Below, piece by piece: positions 1 to 10,504 of a stretch of DNA of 64,000 bases. The notes beneath the pieces are model-generated. The model was given only the letters and a program-made list of their open reading frames with translations. It was not told the origin of the DNA and did no database searches. The stretch spans positions 1,576,108 to 1,640,107 of the forward strand of contig JAHCIY010000002.1 of NCBI GenBank assembly GCA_026128965.1, written 5' to 3'. Source of the stretch: Labilithrix sp. (lineage in GTDB: Bacteria > Myxococcota_A > Polyangia > Polyangiales > Polyangiaceae). Each line of letters opens with the position of its first letter. Positions within the stretch are counted from its first letter, which is position 1. The position numbers were made by a program, and so were the translations under genes.

Positions 1-1
1 C

Positions 2-1009
2 TACGAGCTGACGAGCGAGATCGGGCGCGGCGGCTGCGCGGTCGTGTTCGAGGCGCACGACCATCGGCTCGGCCGGATCGTCGCGGTGAAGCTCCCCCTC
101 GGCTTCACCGGCGATCCCGTGAAGACGGGACGCTTCCAGCGCGAGTCGCGCGTCATCTCGTCGATCCATCATCCGAACGTGTGCGCCGTGCTCGACAACG
201 GCGAGACCTCGCGCGGGACGCCGTTCATCGTGATGGAGCGCCTCTTCGGCGAGTCGCTCCGCTCGGTCCTCGGGCGCCGGACGATGCTCGGCGTCAACGA
301 CACGATCTCGATCGGCCTCCAGCTCCTCTCCGCGCTCGACTCCGTCCACGCGGTCGGGATCATCCATCGCGACATCAAGCCCGACAACGTCGTGCTCGTC
401 GGTCGCGGCGGCTGCGATCCGATCGTGAAGCTCGTCGACTTCGGGCTCTGCCGTCGCTCCGGGCGCGAGGCGGCGATGACGGGTCCGGAGGCGACGATGA
501 CGGCCGACGGCGCGATCGTCGGCACGCCCGAGTACATGGCGCCGGAGCAGGTCCTCGGCACGAAGCCCGACGTGCGCCTCGACGTCTACGCCGCCGGCGT
601 CGTCCTCTACGAGTGCCTCAGCGGAGAGCGCACGTTCTTCGCGAAGAGCGTGCGCGAGATCCTGAGCGGCGTCATGAACAAGCGGCTCCGCCCGCTGCGC
701 GACATCCGGCGCGACGTCCCGCGATCGCTCGACAAGCTCGTCGCCCGCGCGATGGCGCGCGATCCCAAGAGCCGCTTCCGCAGCGCGGCCGAGATGCAGG
801 ACGCGCTCTGCCAGGTGAAGGACGAGCTCGCGGCCTACGCCCGCGCGGCGCATCGTCAGGCCATGATGAGCAGCGGCGAGTGGGAGCCGCCGACCGCGAA
901 GCTCCGCTCCTTCCAGCGTCCGTCGCCGGGCCCCATCCGCGTGAGCGCCTCCGCCCCGACGCCCCGGCTCCCGATCCCCTCGCTCCCACCGCTCCGCCAC
1001 TCGCACTGA
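2..1009 (+). CDS. Hanks-type Ser/Thr protein kinase, 5'-partial (runs off window start)
   Basis: Frame-2 translation from nt 2: YELTSEIGRGGCAVVFEAHD...VAVK (Gly loop + VAxK), HRDIKPDN catalytic loop, DFG, GTPEYMAPE; Pro-rich tail; stop at 1007-1009. Confidence 0.85.
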   Translation, partial: YELTSEIGRGGCAVVFEAHDHRLGRIVAVKLPLGFTGDPVKTGRFQRESRVISSIHHPNVCAVLDNGETSRGTPFIVMERLFGESLRSVLGRRTMLGVNDTISIGLQLLSALDSVHAVGIIHRDIKPDNVVLVGRGGCDPIVKLVDFGLCRRSGREAAMTGPEATMTADGAIVGTPEYMAPEQVLGTKPDVRLDVYAAGVVLYECLSGERTFFAKSVREILSGVMNKRLRPLRDIRRDVPRSLDKLVARAMARDPKSRFRSAAEMQDALCQVKDELAAYARAAHRQAMMSSGEWEPPTAKLRSFQRPSPGPIRVSASAPTPRLPIPSLPPLRHSH

Positions 1010-1087
1010 CGTCGCGCGAGCGCGGGCGCTCGCTCCCACCCACCGCTCCGCCACTCGCGCTGACGTCACGCGAGCGCGGGCGCTCGT
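981..1087. repeat. Tandem duplication (2 x ~52 bp) containing a GC hairpin cgagcgc-ggg-cgctcg; overlaps kinase stop codon
   Basis: 981..1032 and 1033..1087 near-identical; each copy ends in an inverted repeat; REP-like/terminator-like. Confidence 0.6.
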
Positions 1088-2055
1088 GCGGGAGCGCGGG
1101 CCGGCTCCCATGGCATCGTCCAGACCGGGCCCGCGCCGAGCCGCGCGCGCCGTCGCGTCTCCCAGGCGACCACGCGCGGCGCGATCGTCGCCACCGCCGT
1201 CGCGAGCGCGAGGCCGGCCGCGACGTCGACGGCGTAGTGCCAGCGGAGGAACATCGTCGAGAGGACAATCTGCGAGGTCGCGATCGTGAGCGGCAGCCAC
1301 GTGAAGCGGAACGGCATCAGGCGGCGATGGCGGATCGAGAACAGCGCGAGGTACGTCGGCGCGCCGGTGTGGAGGCTCGGGAAGATGTCGGTCCGCGCGG
1401 TCACCTCGACGGAGTCCACCGTCGACTTCACCGCGCGCCACCAGACCGGCCCGCTCAGGTCGTGCTCGAACCGGCCCGCGAGGTGCTGGTACGGCCCGTG
1501 ACCCGGCACGATCATGTAGAGCACGTGCCCGACGCAGAAGAGCGCGAGGAACCCGAGCGCGAACTCGGCGAGGAGCCGCGGCGGCTGCCGCGTCAGCAGC
1601 ATCGGGAACACGTGCCCCGCGACGATGAGGAAGTAGCCGAAGTAGAAGAACGAGAACCACTCCGTCGTCGCCGGCGTCACGTAGCGGTCGAACGCGAGCG
1701 CGGGCTCGAAGCCGAGCACGCGAAGGTCGAGCGCGTAGAGCTCCGCGTCGACGACGACCGCGCGCGCGGTCGGCAGGATGTGTTGCAGGTGCGAGAACGA
1801 TCCGAACATCGCGACGAAGAGGCCGGCGCGGTACACGAGGGCGCCGGCCGCGCCGCGCACCCACTCCCCGCGGACCCACTCGCCGCGCGTGACGACGAGC
1901 GCGGCGACGAAGAGCGCGAGGTCGCACGCCGCGCAGACGATCGCCGTGCTCCTCCGCGGACCCTGCCCCGCGACCACCGCCCCGAGCAAGACGAGCAGAT
2001 ACGCGAGCACCACCCAGTCCTGCACCGCCAGCTGACGCACCCATCGACGACCCAT
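1066..2055 (-). CDS. PAP2-superfamily membrane phosphatase-like protein
   Basis: Multiple TM segments; PAP2-like motifs FPSLHTG ... RWHYAVDVAAG; internal GEWVRGEWVRG repeat; true start may be internal. Confidence 0.55.
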   Translation of the reverse strand: MGRRWVRQLAVQDWVVLAYLLVLLGAVVAGQGPRRSTAIVCAACDLALFVAALVVTRGEWVRGEWVRGAAGALVYRAGLFVAMFGSFSHLQHILPTARAVVVDAELYALDLRVLGFEPALAFDRYVTPATTEWFSFFYFGYFLIVAGHVFPMLLTRQPPRLLAEFALGFLALFCVGHVLYMIVPGHGPYQHLAGRFEHDLSGPVWWRAVKSTVDSVEVTARTDIFPSLHTGAPTYLALFSIRHRRLMPFRFTWLPLTIATSQIVLSTMFLRWHYAVDVAAGLALATAVATIAPRVVAWETRRRARLGAGPVWTMPWEPARAPARAPALA

Positions 2056-2242
2056 TCCCGTCGTCGACGCAAGACGCGCGCCGCCCCGGAACCGCGGAGA
2101 AAACCGCAGTCATCAAGTCGTCTGCTGGTTGAACCAATGATCCAAAGTGGTTCAACCAGTGCGCAGTTACGCAGCCGGCCGCGTAGCGACCGTCCCGGCG
2201 CCGGCGTACGCTCAGAATCAGAGCGCGAGCCGCCGCGGCTCC

Positions 2243-2408
2243 CCTCTCGGGGGGTCCGGGGGCGCGGAGCGCGTCTCCGCGCGACGGCCCCCGGCGGGAG
2301 AGCTCGAGAGCAGAGCCGGCAGAGCCCTCTCGGGGGGTCCGGGGGCGCGGAGCGCGTCTCCGCGCGACGGCCCCCGGCGGGAGAGCTCGAGAGGGCAGCG
2401 CCCTCTCG
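2243..2408. repeat. Tandem ~67-bp palindromic (hairpin-forming) repeats, 2 full + 1 partial copy, immediately downstream of glnA 3' end
   Basis: 2243..2309 and 2325..2391 identical: cctctcggggggtccgggggcgcggagcgcgtctccgcgcgacggcccccggcgggagagctcgaga; nested stems ccgggggc/gcccccgg and cgcggag/ctccgcg; likely REP-like element/terminators for glnA on the minus strand. Confidence 0.6.
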
Positions 2409-2419
2409 AACAAGAAAGC

Positions 2420-3835
2420 TCAGATGTCGAAGTAGAGCGCGAACTCGTGCGGCGTCGGGCGCATGCGGATCGGGTTCAGCTCCTTCGTGCGCTTGTAGTC
2501 GAGCCACTCGAAGACGGCGTCCTTCGTGAAGACGTCGCCCTTGAGGAGGAACTCGTGGTCCTTCTCGAGCGCGTCGAGCGCCTCGTCGAGGCCGCCCGGC
2601 ATGTGCGGCACCGCCTTCAGCTCCTCGGGGCTCAGCGAGTAGATGTCCTTGTCGAGCGGATCGCCCGGGTCGATCTTGTTCTGGATGCCGTCGAGGCCGG
2701 CGAGCATCATCGCGCTGAACGCGAGGTACGGGTTGCAGCTCGGATCGGGGAAGCGAACCTCGATCCGGCGCGTCTTCGGCGACGGCCCCGTGATCGGGAT
2801 CCGGACCGAGGCGGAGCGGTTGCGGCTCGAGTAGGCGAGGTTGACGGGGGCCTCGAAGCCGGGCACGAGGCGGCGGTAGCTGTTCGTGGTCGGGTTCGTG
2901 AACGCCGCGAGCGACTTCGCGTGCTTGATGATGCCGCCGATGTAGTGGAGCGCGAGCTGGGAGAGGCCCGCGTAGCCGTCGCCGCCGAAGAGGGGCTTGC
3001 CCTCCTTCCACAGCGACTGGTGCACGTGCATGCCCGAGCCGTTGTCGCCGAAGAGCGGCTTCGGCATGAACGTCGCTGCCTTGCCGTGCTTCCGCGCGAC
3101 GTTCTTGACGATGTACTTGAACCACATCAGCTGATCGCCGCACGCGAGCAGCTTGTTGAACTTCATGCCGATCTCGCACTGGCCGCCGGACGCGACCTCG
3201 TGATGACCGACCTCGACCTCGATCCCCGACGCCTGGAGCGCGAGCATCATCTCCTGGCGCACGTTCGCGAGCGTGTCGGTCGGCGGGACCGGGAAGTAGC
3301 CCTCCTTGTGCCGCGTCTTGTAGCCGAGGTTCGGGTACTCCTCGCGCCCCGAGTTCCACGCGCCCTCGATCGAGTCGAGGTAGTAGTAGCCCTCGTTCGG
3401 CTTCGAGTGATCGAAGCGCACGTCGTCGAAGAGGAAGAACTCGGCCTCCGGGCCCATGAACGACGTGTCCGCGATGCCGCTCTGGCGCAGGTACGCCTCG
3501 GCCTTCTTCGCGATGTGACGCGGGTCGCGCGAGTACGGCTGCTTCGTGATCGGGTCGTAGACCGAGCACACGAGCGACAGCGTCGGGTGGGCGAAGAACG
3601 GATCGAGCTTCGCCGTCTCCGCGTCCGGGATCATCGTCATGTCCGACGCGTTGATCGGCTGCCAGCCGCGGACCGAGGAGCCGTCGAACTGGATGCCGTC
3701 CTCGAAGAGCCCTTCATCGAGGCGAGAGACCGGCAGCGTCGTGTGCTGCCAGATGCCCGGGAAGTCGATGAACTTCAGGTCGACGAATTTGACGTCGTTC
3801 TTGTGCGCGAGCTCGATGGCCTCTTTGGCGTTCAT
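2420..3835 (-). CDS. glnA: Glutamine synthetase type I
   Basis: 471 aa; unmistakable GlnA sequence ([27 protein letters not shown]..., [11 protein letters not shown], adenylylation-loop region [16 protein letters not shown]). Confidence 0.95.
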   Translation of the reverse strand: MNAKEAIELAHKNDVKFVDLKFIDFPGIWQHTTLPVSRLDEGLFEDGIQFDGSSVRGWQPINASDMTMIPDAETAKLDPFFAHPTLSLVCSVYDPITKQPYSRDPRHIAKKAEAYLRQSGIADTSFMGPEAEFFLFDDVRFDHSKPNEGYYYLDSIEGAWNSGREEYPNLGYKTRHKEGYFPVPPTDTLANVRQEMMLALQASGIEVEVGHHEVASGGQCEIGMKFNKLLACGDQLMWFKYIVKNVARKHGKAATFMPKPLFGDNGSGMHVHQSLWKEGKPLFGGDGYAGLSQLALHYIGGIIKHAKSLAAFTNPTTNSYRRLVPGFEAPVNLAYSSRNRSASVRIPITGPSPKTRRIEVRFPDPSCNPYLAFSAMMLAGLDGIQNKIDPGDPLDKDIYSLSPEELKAVPHMPGGLDEALDALEKDHEFLLKGDVFTKDAVFEWLDYKRTKELNPIRMRPTPHEFALYFDI

Positions 3836-3845
3836 GCTTGTCCTC

Positions 3846-4205
<360 letters not shown>

Positions 4206-4248
4206 TCAGACACCTGGGGCGGCATCGTGACAAGGGCCGGTTTCCGCA

Positions 4249-5172
4249 GTGTTTCGCCTCGGGACATATCCAACGCCGATCGAGCCAGCGGGAAACCTGT
4301 GGATAAAACGCGACGACCAAATCGCGCCGGCGTACGGCGGCAACAAGGTGCGAAAGCTCGAGCGTCTGCTCGACGACGCGCGGCGCCGCGACGCGAAGCG
4401 CCTCGTCACGATCGGCGCGGCGGGCAGCCATCAGATCGTCGCGACCGCGATCTACGGCGCCGCGCAACGCTTCGAGGTCGAGGCCGTCGTCGTCGCCCAA
4501 CCGGCGAGCGATCACGCGAAGAAGAACCTCCGCGTCGCGCTCGCGCACGGTCTCCGTCCCATCGTCGCGACGTCGTGGGCGGCGGCGCCGTCGCTCGTGA
4601 CGTCGCTCGTCCGCCGCGACGCGTACCTGATCCCGCTCGGCGGCTCGAACGCGCTCGGCACGCTCGGCTTCGTCGACGCGGCGAAGGAGCTTGCGGCGCA
4701 GATCGAAGCGGGCGCGATGCCGGAGCCCGACGTGATCGTCGTGCCGCTCGGCTCGGGCGGCACCGCGGCGGGCCTCGCGATCGGCCTCGAGGCGGCCGGC
4801 CTGCGCGCGCGCGTCGCCGGCGTCGCGATCTCGTCGCCGCTCCGCCTCGTCGAGGAGCTCGCGCGCCGGATGGTGCGGAAGACGGCGCCGCTCGCGGGCG
4901 TCGACGCGCGGCGGGCGCTCGAGCGCCTCGTCTTCGATCGGCGCTGGCTCGGCCGCGGATACGGGTACTCTACACGCGACGCCGAGCGCGCGATCGCGGA
5001 GGCGGCGCGTCACGGCCTCACCCTCGACGCGACGTACACCGCGAAGGCGTACGCCGCCGCGCTCGAGCGCGCGAACGAAGGCGCGCGCGTCCTCTACTGG
5101 CACACGCTGTCGAGCGCGCCGCTCGACGACGCCGCCCCGCTCCCGGCCGACCTCGAGCGCCTATTCCGCTAG
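4249..5172 (+). CDS. PLP-dependent ACC deaminase / D-cysteine desulfhydrase family protein
   Basis: 307 aa; YGGNKVRKLE lysine motif typical of ACC deaminase/DcyD family; divergent from glnB. Confidence 0.8.
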   Translation: MFRLGTYPTPIEPAGNLWIKRDDQIAPAYGGNKVRKLERLLDDARRRDAKRLVTIGAAGSHQIVATAIYGAAQRFEVEAVVVAQPASDHAKKNLRVALAHGLRPIVATSWAAAPSLVTSLVRRDAYLIPLGGSNALGTLGFVDAAKELAAQIEAGAMPEPDVIVVPLGSGGTAAGLAIGLEAAGLRARVAGVAISSPLRLVEELARRMVRKTAPLAGVDARRALERLVFDRRWLGRGYGYSTRDAERAIAEAARHGLTLDATYTAKAYAAALERANEGARVLYWHTLSSAPLDDAAPLPADLERLFR

Positions 5173-5206
5173 TCCGCGTGCGGCAGGCGCCGCGTTGACG
5201 CGGGTG

Positions 5207-6792
5207 CTACTCGGCTGGGGCAGGGGATTCAGTGGGGACAGGCTCGGACGCCGCCGCCGGCGTGGGTGCGGGCTCGGAGGGCGTGGGCGTGGCGCTCGGC
5301 TCGGCCGACGCGACCGACTTCGGCTTCGCCCTGGGCTTCTTCGGCTTCGGCGCGGGCGCGGGCGCGACCTCGGGCAGGGCGAGCTGCGGCGCGTCGGTGA
5401 GGATCGGCACGGGCGTCGGCGTCGGCGCGGGCGCGGGCGCGGGCTCCGTCGTCGTCGCGACCGGCGCGGGCGCAGGAGCGGGCGCGCGTTTGTTCGCGAG
5501 GTACGCGCCCGCGCCGATGCCGACGATCGCGAGGAGGACCGACGCGAGCAAGATCGGGCTCCGTCGCGCGGGCTCGTCTTCGAGCTCGGCGCGGAGCGAA
5601 CGCGGCGGTGACGAGAGCGGCGCGATCTCGGACGGCGTCATCTTCAGCGTCTCGAGCTTCGAGACGGCGGACACCGACGACGAGGTCGCGGCGGGGACGA
5701 ACGGCCCCGAGTGCGACGACGACGACGGCGGAAGCGGGAACGTCTTCGGTCCGCCGACGGTGTCGAGCGAATCCGAGGACGGCCGGCTCGCGCGCGACGG
5801 CGGCGCGGAGGGGATCGCCGCCGAGGTGAAGACCTCGGTGTCGCCGGTCGCGTCGACGGGCGACTCGGCCTTCGGGACGATGACGGCGCTGTGCTTGCCG
5901 GTCCCGTCGGGCATCACGGTGGGGAACACGTCGTGGAGGCGCTGCGTGACGGTGTCGGCGTCGGGGAGCCGCGCGTCGCGATCGTGGACGAGCATCGCGT
6001 GAACGACGTCGGCGAGCGACGCGGGCACCCACGGCGCGACCTCGTGGAGCGGCGCGGGCTTCGACGTGAGGATGCCCATCAACGTGTTGTGGTAGCTGCC
6101 GCGATCGGCGAACGCGGAGCGACCGGAGAGCGCCTCGTACAGCACCGTGCCGAGCGACCAGATGTCGGCGCGCCCGTCGACGTCGTCGCGTCCCTCCGCC
6201 TGCTCGGGCGACATGTACAGCGGCGTACCGATCGGCGTGCCCTGGCCCGTGATGCGGGCGTCGTTCGGGACGTCGACGAGCTTCGACACGCCGAAGTCGA
6301 GCAGCTTCACGAGGAGCTGACCGTTGTCGCGCTGGGTGAGGTACACGTTCGCGGGCTTCAGGTCGCGATGCACGACGCCCGCGGCGTGCGCCTTCGCGAG
6401 GCCGCGCGCGACCTGCTGTCCGATCATCACCGCGGTGCGCGTGTCGATCTTGCCGTCGCGCTCGAGGCGCTCCTGGAGGTCCTCGCCGGTGAGGTACTCC
6501 ATGACCATGTAGAGGCCGACGCGCGGATCGGCGCCGACGTCGAACACGTCGACGATGTGCTCGGAGTCGATCTGTCCCGCCGCGCGCGCCTCGCGGCGGA
6601 AGCGAGCGACGATGAGCTCGCTCTCTTTCATCGATTTGTCGATCAGCTTCAGCGCGACCCGCTTGCCGAGGTCGTTGTGCACCGCTTCGCAGACGACGCC
6701 CATGCCCCCCGCGCCGAGGACGCGCTTGATCTCGTATTTCCCGCCGACCGCCACGCCGACGAGAGAGCTGAACGTCGCGGCCAAGGGGCTCC
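5207..6792 (-). CDS. Hanks-type Ser/Thr protein kinase with C-terminal TM segment and Pro/Ala/Thr-rich tail
   Basis: Kinase domain KYEIKRVLGAGGMGVV...VALK...HRDLKPANV...DFG...GTPLYMSPE; TM SPILLASVLLAIVGIGAGAYLA then PAPAP repeats. The ORF track extends to 7585, but the upstream part lacks kinase features; I place the start (TTG/GTG) near 6792, which is uncertain. Confidence 0.75.
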
Positions 6793-7017
6793 AGGATAGC
6801 GACGGCCCGGGTAGCCAGCGAGGCACCTTTCGCGCAGATACACGCGACGGCGAGCGAGCCTGGATCCGCGCAGATCCGCGCGCACCGGAGTTGATGGTGG
6901 GAGCCCTCCGATGGACAACATGGACCCCACTCGAAACCCGGCCTCTATCCAGGGTTACATTGTCGCCAACGTCGAATTTCCCCTGCTTTTTGAAGGTGCT
7001 TCCGTCGTTCCGAGCTG

Positions 7018-7521
7018 GTGCGCTCCTTGCGACAAGTCCCACCGATGCAGGCGGACGTCTTCCAGATGCAGGCCCAAGCGCAGTACGGGGCGCTGGTGGA
7101 AGGCCTCCGTGCGCTGAAGCCGAAGAAGCGGAAGCCGTGGGCGCAGTGGATCGTCTTCGCGGGCTGCATGTACGTGCTCGTCGCGCTCGGCGCGGACCAC
7201 CAGGTCCGTGATGCACTCTTCGCGCCGAAGCTCCCGACCCGCACGCCGACGAGCCAGCAGGTCGTCGCGAAGGCGCAGTCGCCGCGTCAGCTGACGCCGG
7301 TCCAGGCCGTTCCGCAGGTTCCGGGGCAGGTGCAGCAGGTCGCGTACGCCCCGACCGTCCCGGCGCAGCCGGGCGCGCAGGCGCCGCTCGTCGGCATGCC
7401 GCTCTTCGCGACCCCCGACGTCGCCCTCCAGCCGCAGGTCGACCCCAACGCCGACACGAAGCTCCCCGGCGCCAAGGCCCACCACAAGGCCAAGACGAAG
7501 CGCGCCCGCGGCAAGAAGTAA
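7018..7521 (+). CDS. Hypothetical small membrane protein, Pro/Gln-rich C-terminus, basic tail
   Basis: 167 aa; strong GC3 bias; one TM helix WAQWIVFAGCMYVLVALGA; alternative start at 7045 (MQADVFQ). Confidence 0.4.
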   Translation: MRSLRQVPPMQADVFQMQAQAQYGALVEGLRALKPKKRKPWAQWIVFAGCMYVLVALGADHQVRDALFAPKLPTRTPTSQQVVAKAQSPRQLTPVQAVPQVPGQVQQVAYAPTVPAQPGAQAPLVGMPLFATPDVALQPQVDPNADTKLPGAKAHHKAKTKRARGKK

Positions 7522-7819
7522 CGAGCGCCCACGCGCGAGCGGACTCCGGCCTCGAAGCCCAGCTTCGGGGCCGCATCCATTTCATCCGAGAGATCTCTTA
7601 ATGGGCCTCGCACGAGGCACCTGCCGTTCGCTACGCCTTCGGTCTGGGGCGCTTCGAGGATCTGCCTTTCGCTACGCCTTCGGCTCGTGGCTTCGGTGCG
7701 AATCCGTCTCCGGCCCGCAAGCCCGGCCGCGTCGCCGCGGACCGCGCCCCAACCGAGAGACCAACCGCCATACCTCGGTTCGTTCGTCAGACCGCCGCTC
7801 TTCGCCTCACCGCGCGCTC

Positions 7820-8400
7820 CGAATCCGCGCTACGCAAGCGCCGCCGACGCGAGGACACCGGAAGCACTCGCCGCGTGACGACCATGACAGGCGCTCGCCG
7901 GATCCGCGCTGGTGCGGGATCAAGCGCCGCTGACGCGAAGAGGAGCACTCGCAGCGCGACGGCTGGCCCGGATCCGCGCCGGTGCGGATCGAGCGCGCTG
8001 ACGCGAAGAGGAGGCGTCGCTCCTGGATCCGCGCTGGTACGGCTCAAAGCGCCGCTGACGCGAGGGACGCCGGAAGCACCCGCAGCGTGACGGTCGTGGC
8101 AGCGTCGATGCAGCGCGCACCCGGATCCGCGCTGGTGCGCTGGTGCGGATCAAACGCCGCTCGACGCAAGGGACGCTGAAGGCAGTTGCAGCGTGAAGGT
8201 CGGGGCAGGCGTCGCTGCAGCGCGCTCCGCGCTGGTGCGGATCCGAGCGCCGACACGCTGAAGTGTTCGCATGCGTCGCTCGCTTCCGGATCCGCGCTGG
8301 TGCACGCGCTCGTCGCAAGGACGCCGGAGGCCGTCGCACCATGACGGTCGGGCAGGGCGTTGCAGCGCGCTTGCGCGATCAAGCGTCGTCGACGCGAGCG
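7820..8400. repeat. Degenerate tandem repeat array (about 7 units of 56-115 bp) built around the core GGATCCGCGCTGGTGCGG...GCGCCGCTGACGCGA
   Basis: Core recurs at approximately 7898, 7968, 8024, 8121, 8227, 8286 with an ancestral-looking copy at ~7820; units are diverged in both the repeat and the between-repeat parts; no protein-like frame. Confidence 0.6.
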
Positions 8401-8797
8401 AAGTAATCGCACTCCGCGATGGCGTAGCTTCGACCATCGTGGGCGGTCGCGAGCGCGCTGCCGTTGTCCTTCTCCGCGGAGACCGTTGGGGACAGGAATG
8501 TGTATTGTGCATATATATGTTGCCTCGTAGGCACTTGTTGCCTCAAAAACATCATTGGTGTCGGGTATCTACGGTGGCGTCCCACATGATCTGTTTCGAC
8601 ATGGCGAGCGGGATCCCTCGGATCGCTTGCTGACCCCGGTGGAAAGCGGGCGTTACGGATCCGTGAAGAGTTCCGGTGAAAGTCGAGCGGATCACCCCTT
8701 CGTTCCAGTCGCGCTCAAGTCGTACGTGGACACTCCAGATCATGATCATGGCCCATCCGCTGCAGTGTGAGACGTCAGAGGGACGAAGGGGCAAACG

Positions 8798-9229
8798 ATG
8801 CAGAATGCATGGATGGCGATCGTCGGCTCTTGCTTGCTTCTTACGACGACGGTGGCGTGCGGAGAGTTCGAGCCGCCGACGATCTCGCGCGTGAACTCCG
8901 CGCAGAACGCGGACGACAGCGAGGACTCCGACCTCGGCTACGGTTGGAAGACCGACGTCGAGGCGACGGAAGAGAACGGCCTCCACGCCGACTACTCGCT
9001 CGGCGAGATCGTCACGAGCTCCAAGGTAAAGATCCGCGCCGACGAGAAGGCGTGCACGGCCTGCCACAGCTGGGCGAAGAACCAGGACCGCGAGAGCTTC
9101 TGCAAGCGCGTCAACGCCTTCCTCAAAATGCCCACCGCGAAGGGCAACAGCAACGACTCCTTCGGCGCCAAGCCCGCCAACCTGAAGCGCATCCTCCGCG
9201 ACTGGAAAGAAGCCGGCTGCCCGAACTGA
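8798..9229 (+). CDS. Small lipoprotein with single CXXCH heme-binding motif (putative c-type cytochrome-like)
   Basis: 143 aa; lipoprotein signal MAIVGSCLLLTTTVAC; CTACH motif; preceded by an unusually AT-rich ~350 bp (8440..8797) region carrying direct repeats of TTGCCTC. Confidence 0.5.
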   Translation: MQNAWMAIVGSCLLLTTTVACGEFEPPTISRVNSAQNADDSEDSDLGYGWKTDVEATEENGLHADYSLGEIVTSSKVKIRADEKACTACHSWAKNQDRESFCKRVNAFLKMPTAKGNSNDSFGAKPANLKRILRDWKEAGCPN

Positions 9230-9339
9230 GACACGAACGGAAACCTCACTCACTCCGCCCGCGCGCGCCCGCATGTCCGCGACGCGATTTGGGGCGCCTC
9301 GCGATCACGCGGGCGCGCGCGGCGGAGAGCTTGTGCCGG

Positions 9340-9790
9340 TTCGCAGACTCATGGGGCCAGCAGAAGCAGTTTTTCGCAGGGTCATGGGGCCACCCCTTCG
9401 CAGCATGAAGGGGCCACCGGCGAAGGAGGCTTGAGAGGATTTTCGCAGACTCATGGGGCCACCCGGGGTGATCGACCTGGAGTGAATCGGATTCGCTCCC
9501 GACGACGGCGCCGGTCGCCGTCGGGAGGAATCGATGCCCTACCGGGAGCTCACCATGATCGATGTGAAAGAAGTGCTCCGCCGCTGGTCGGCGAAGCACG
9601 GTGACCGCAAGATCGCGCGAGACGGGCGCGGATCGGAAGACGATCGCTCGCTACACGAAAGCCGCCGTGGCGCTCGGCCTCGAGCGCGGCTGCGAGCTGA
9701 CCGACGCCGTCGTGCACGAGGTCGCGCACGGCCACTCGTGCCGCCGAGCGAGGAGTGGACGAGGTGACGCGCCTTCGTCCGCTCATTGAG
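9340..9790 (+). mobile_element. Truncated IS element remnant (IS21-family-like terminal region + frameshifted transposase N-terminal HTH fragment)
   Basis: Three copies of TTTTCGCAG(N)TCATGGGGCCAC-like terminal repeats (9345..9475); hairpin ctcccgacgacggcg..cgccgtcgggag (9497..9530); ORFs 9534..9767 and 9601..9789 in two frames jointly read MIDVKEVLRRWSAKHGDRKIAR / ETGADRKTIARYTKAAVALGL, an IstA-like N-terminal HTH; ends abruptly at junction with the kinase gene. Confidence 0.5.
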
Positions 9791-10486
9791 CGCTGGCTTG
9801 CTGGCAGCGCCGAGACGCGTCAGCTGAAGCTCGTACATCGCGACGCCGAGCGAGAAGATGTCCGCGCGCGCGTCGAGGTCCTTCGCGCTCTTGGCCTGCT
9901 CCGGCGACGTGTAGACCGGCGAGCCGAGCATCGTGCCCGAGCGCGTGAGGGCGTGGCTCGTCGTGTCGGTGGCCGAGAGCGCGTCGCGGCGCACCTTCGC
10001 GATCCTGAAGTCGAGGAGCTTGAGCACGCGCGCGTCCTCGCCGTCGCGCTTCACGAGGAACATGTTGGCGGGCTTGAGGTCGCGATGGATGACGCCGCTC
10101 CGGTGCGCGCGCTCGAGCCCGCTGCACGCTTGCCGAATCAAAGCGAGCACGAGGTCTGGCGCGAGCGGACCGAGGCGGTGGAGCAGCGCGTGAAGGTCCT
10201 CGCCCGCGAGGAGCTCCATCACCATGTACGCGTCGTTCGTCGCCGGATCGACGCCGCTCGCGAGGACCTCGACGACGTGCGGTGAGTCGATCGCCGCGCT
10301 CGCCTGCGCCTCGCGCTCGAAGCGCGCGACGATGTCGGGCTCGTTCGCGAGCGCCTCCGAGACGATGAGCTTCAGCGCGACGCGCCGCGACGACGGGCGC
10401 TCGATCGCCTCGTGGACCGCGCCCATTCCGCCTTGCCCGAGGAGCCGCACGAGCTCGTACCGCCCGTCGATGATGCGCCCGCCCAT
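9775..10486 (-). pseudogene. Hanks-type Ser/Thr kinase, C-terminally truncated by the IS remnant
   Basis: Good N-terminus MGGRIIDGRYELVRLLGQGGMGAVHEA...VALK...HRDLKPANM...GSPVYTSPE...SLGVAMYEL; reading frame then runs into the antisense of the IS fragment with no kinase/regulatory C-terminus. Confidence 0.7.
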
Positions 10487-10504
10487 GGGGCCAAGATACC
10501 CTCT

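Noticed and set aside
5207-7585. Kinase ORF taken as 792 aa from MKWMRPRS
   Set aside because: The first ~265 residues are Arg/Ala/Pro-rich without features and overlap a better small gene on the other strand (7018..7521). The kinase domain begins right after a plausible TTG/GTG near 6792.
7820-8400. Possible CRISPR array (regularly spaced GGATCCGCGCTGGTGCGG cores)
   Set aside because: Repeats are degenerate and of variable length. The inter-repeat parts resemble each other instead of being unique spacers. No cas genes are in the window. I treated it as a minisatellite.
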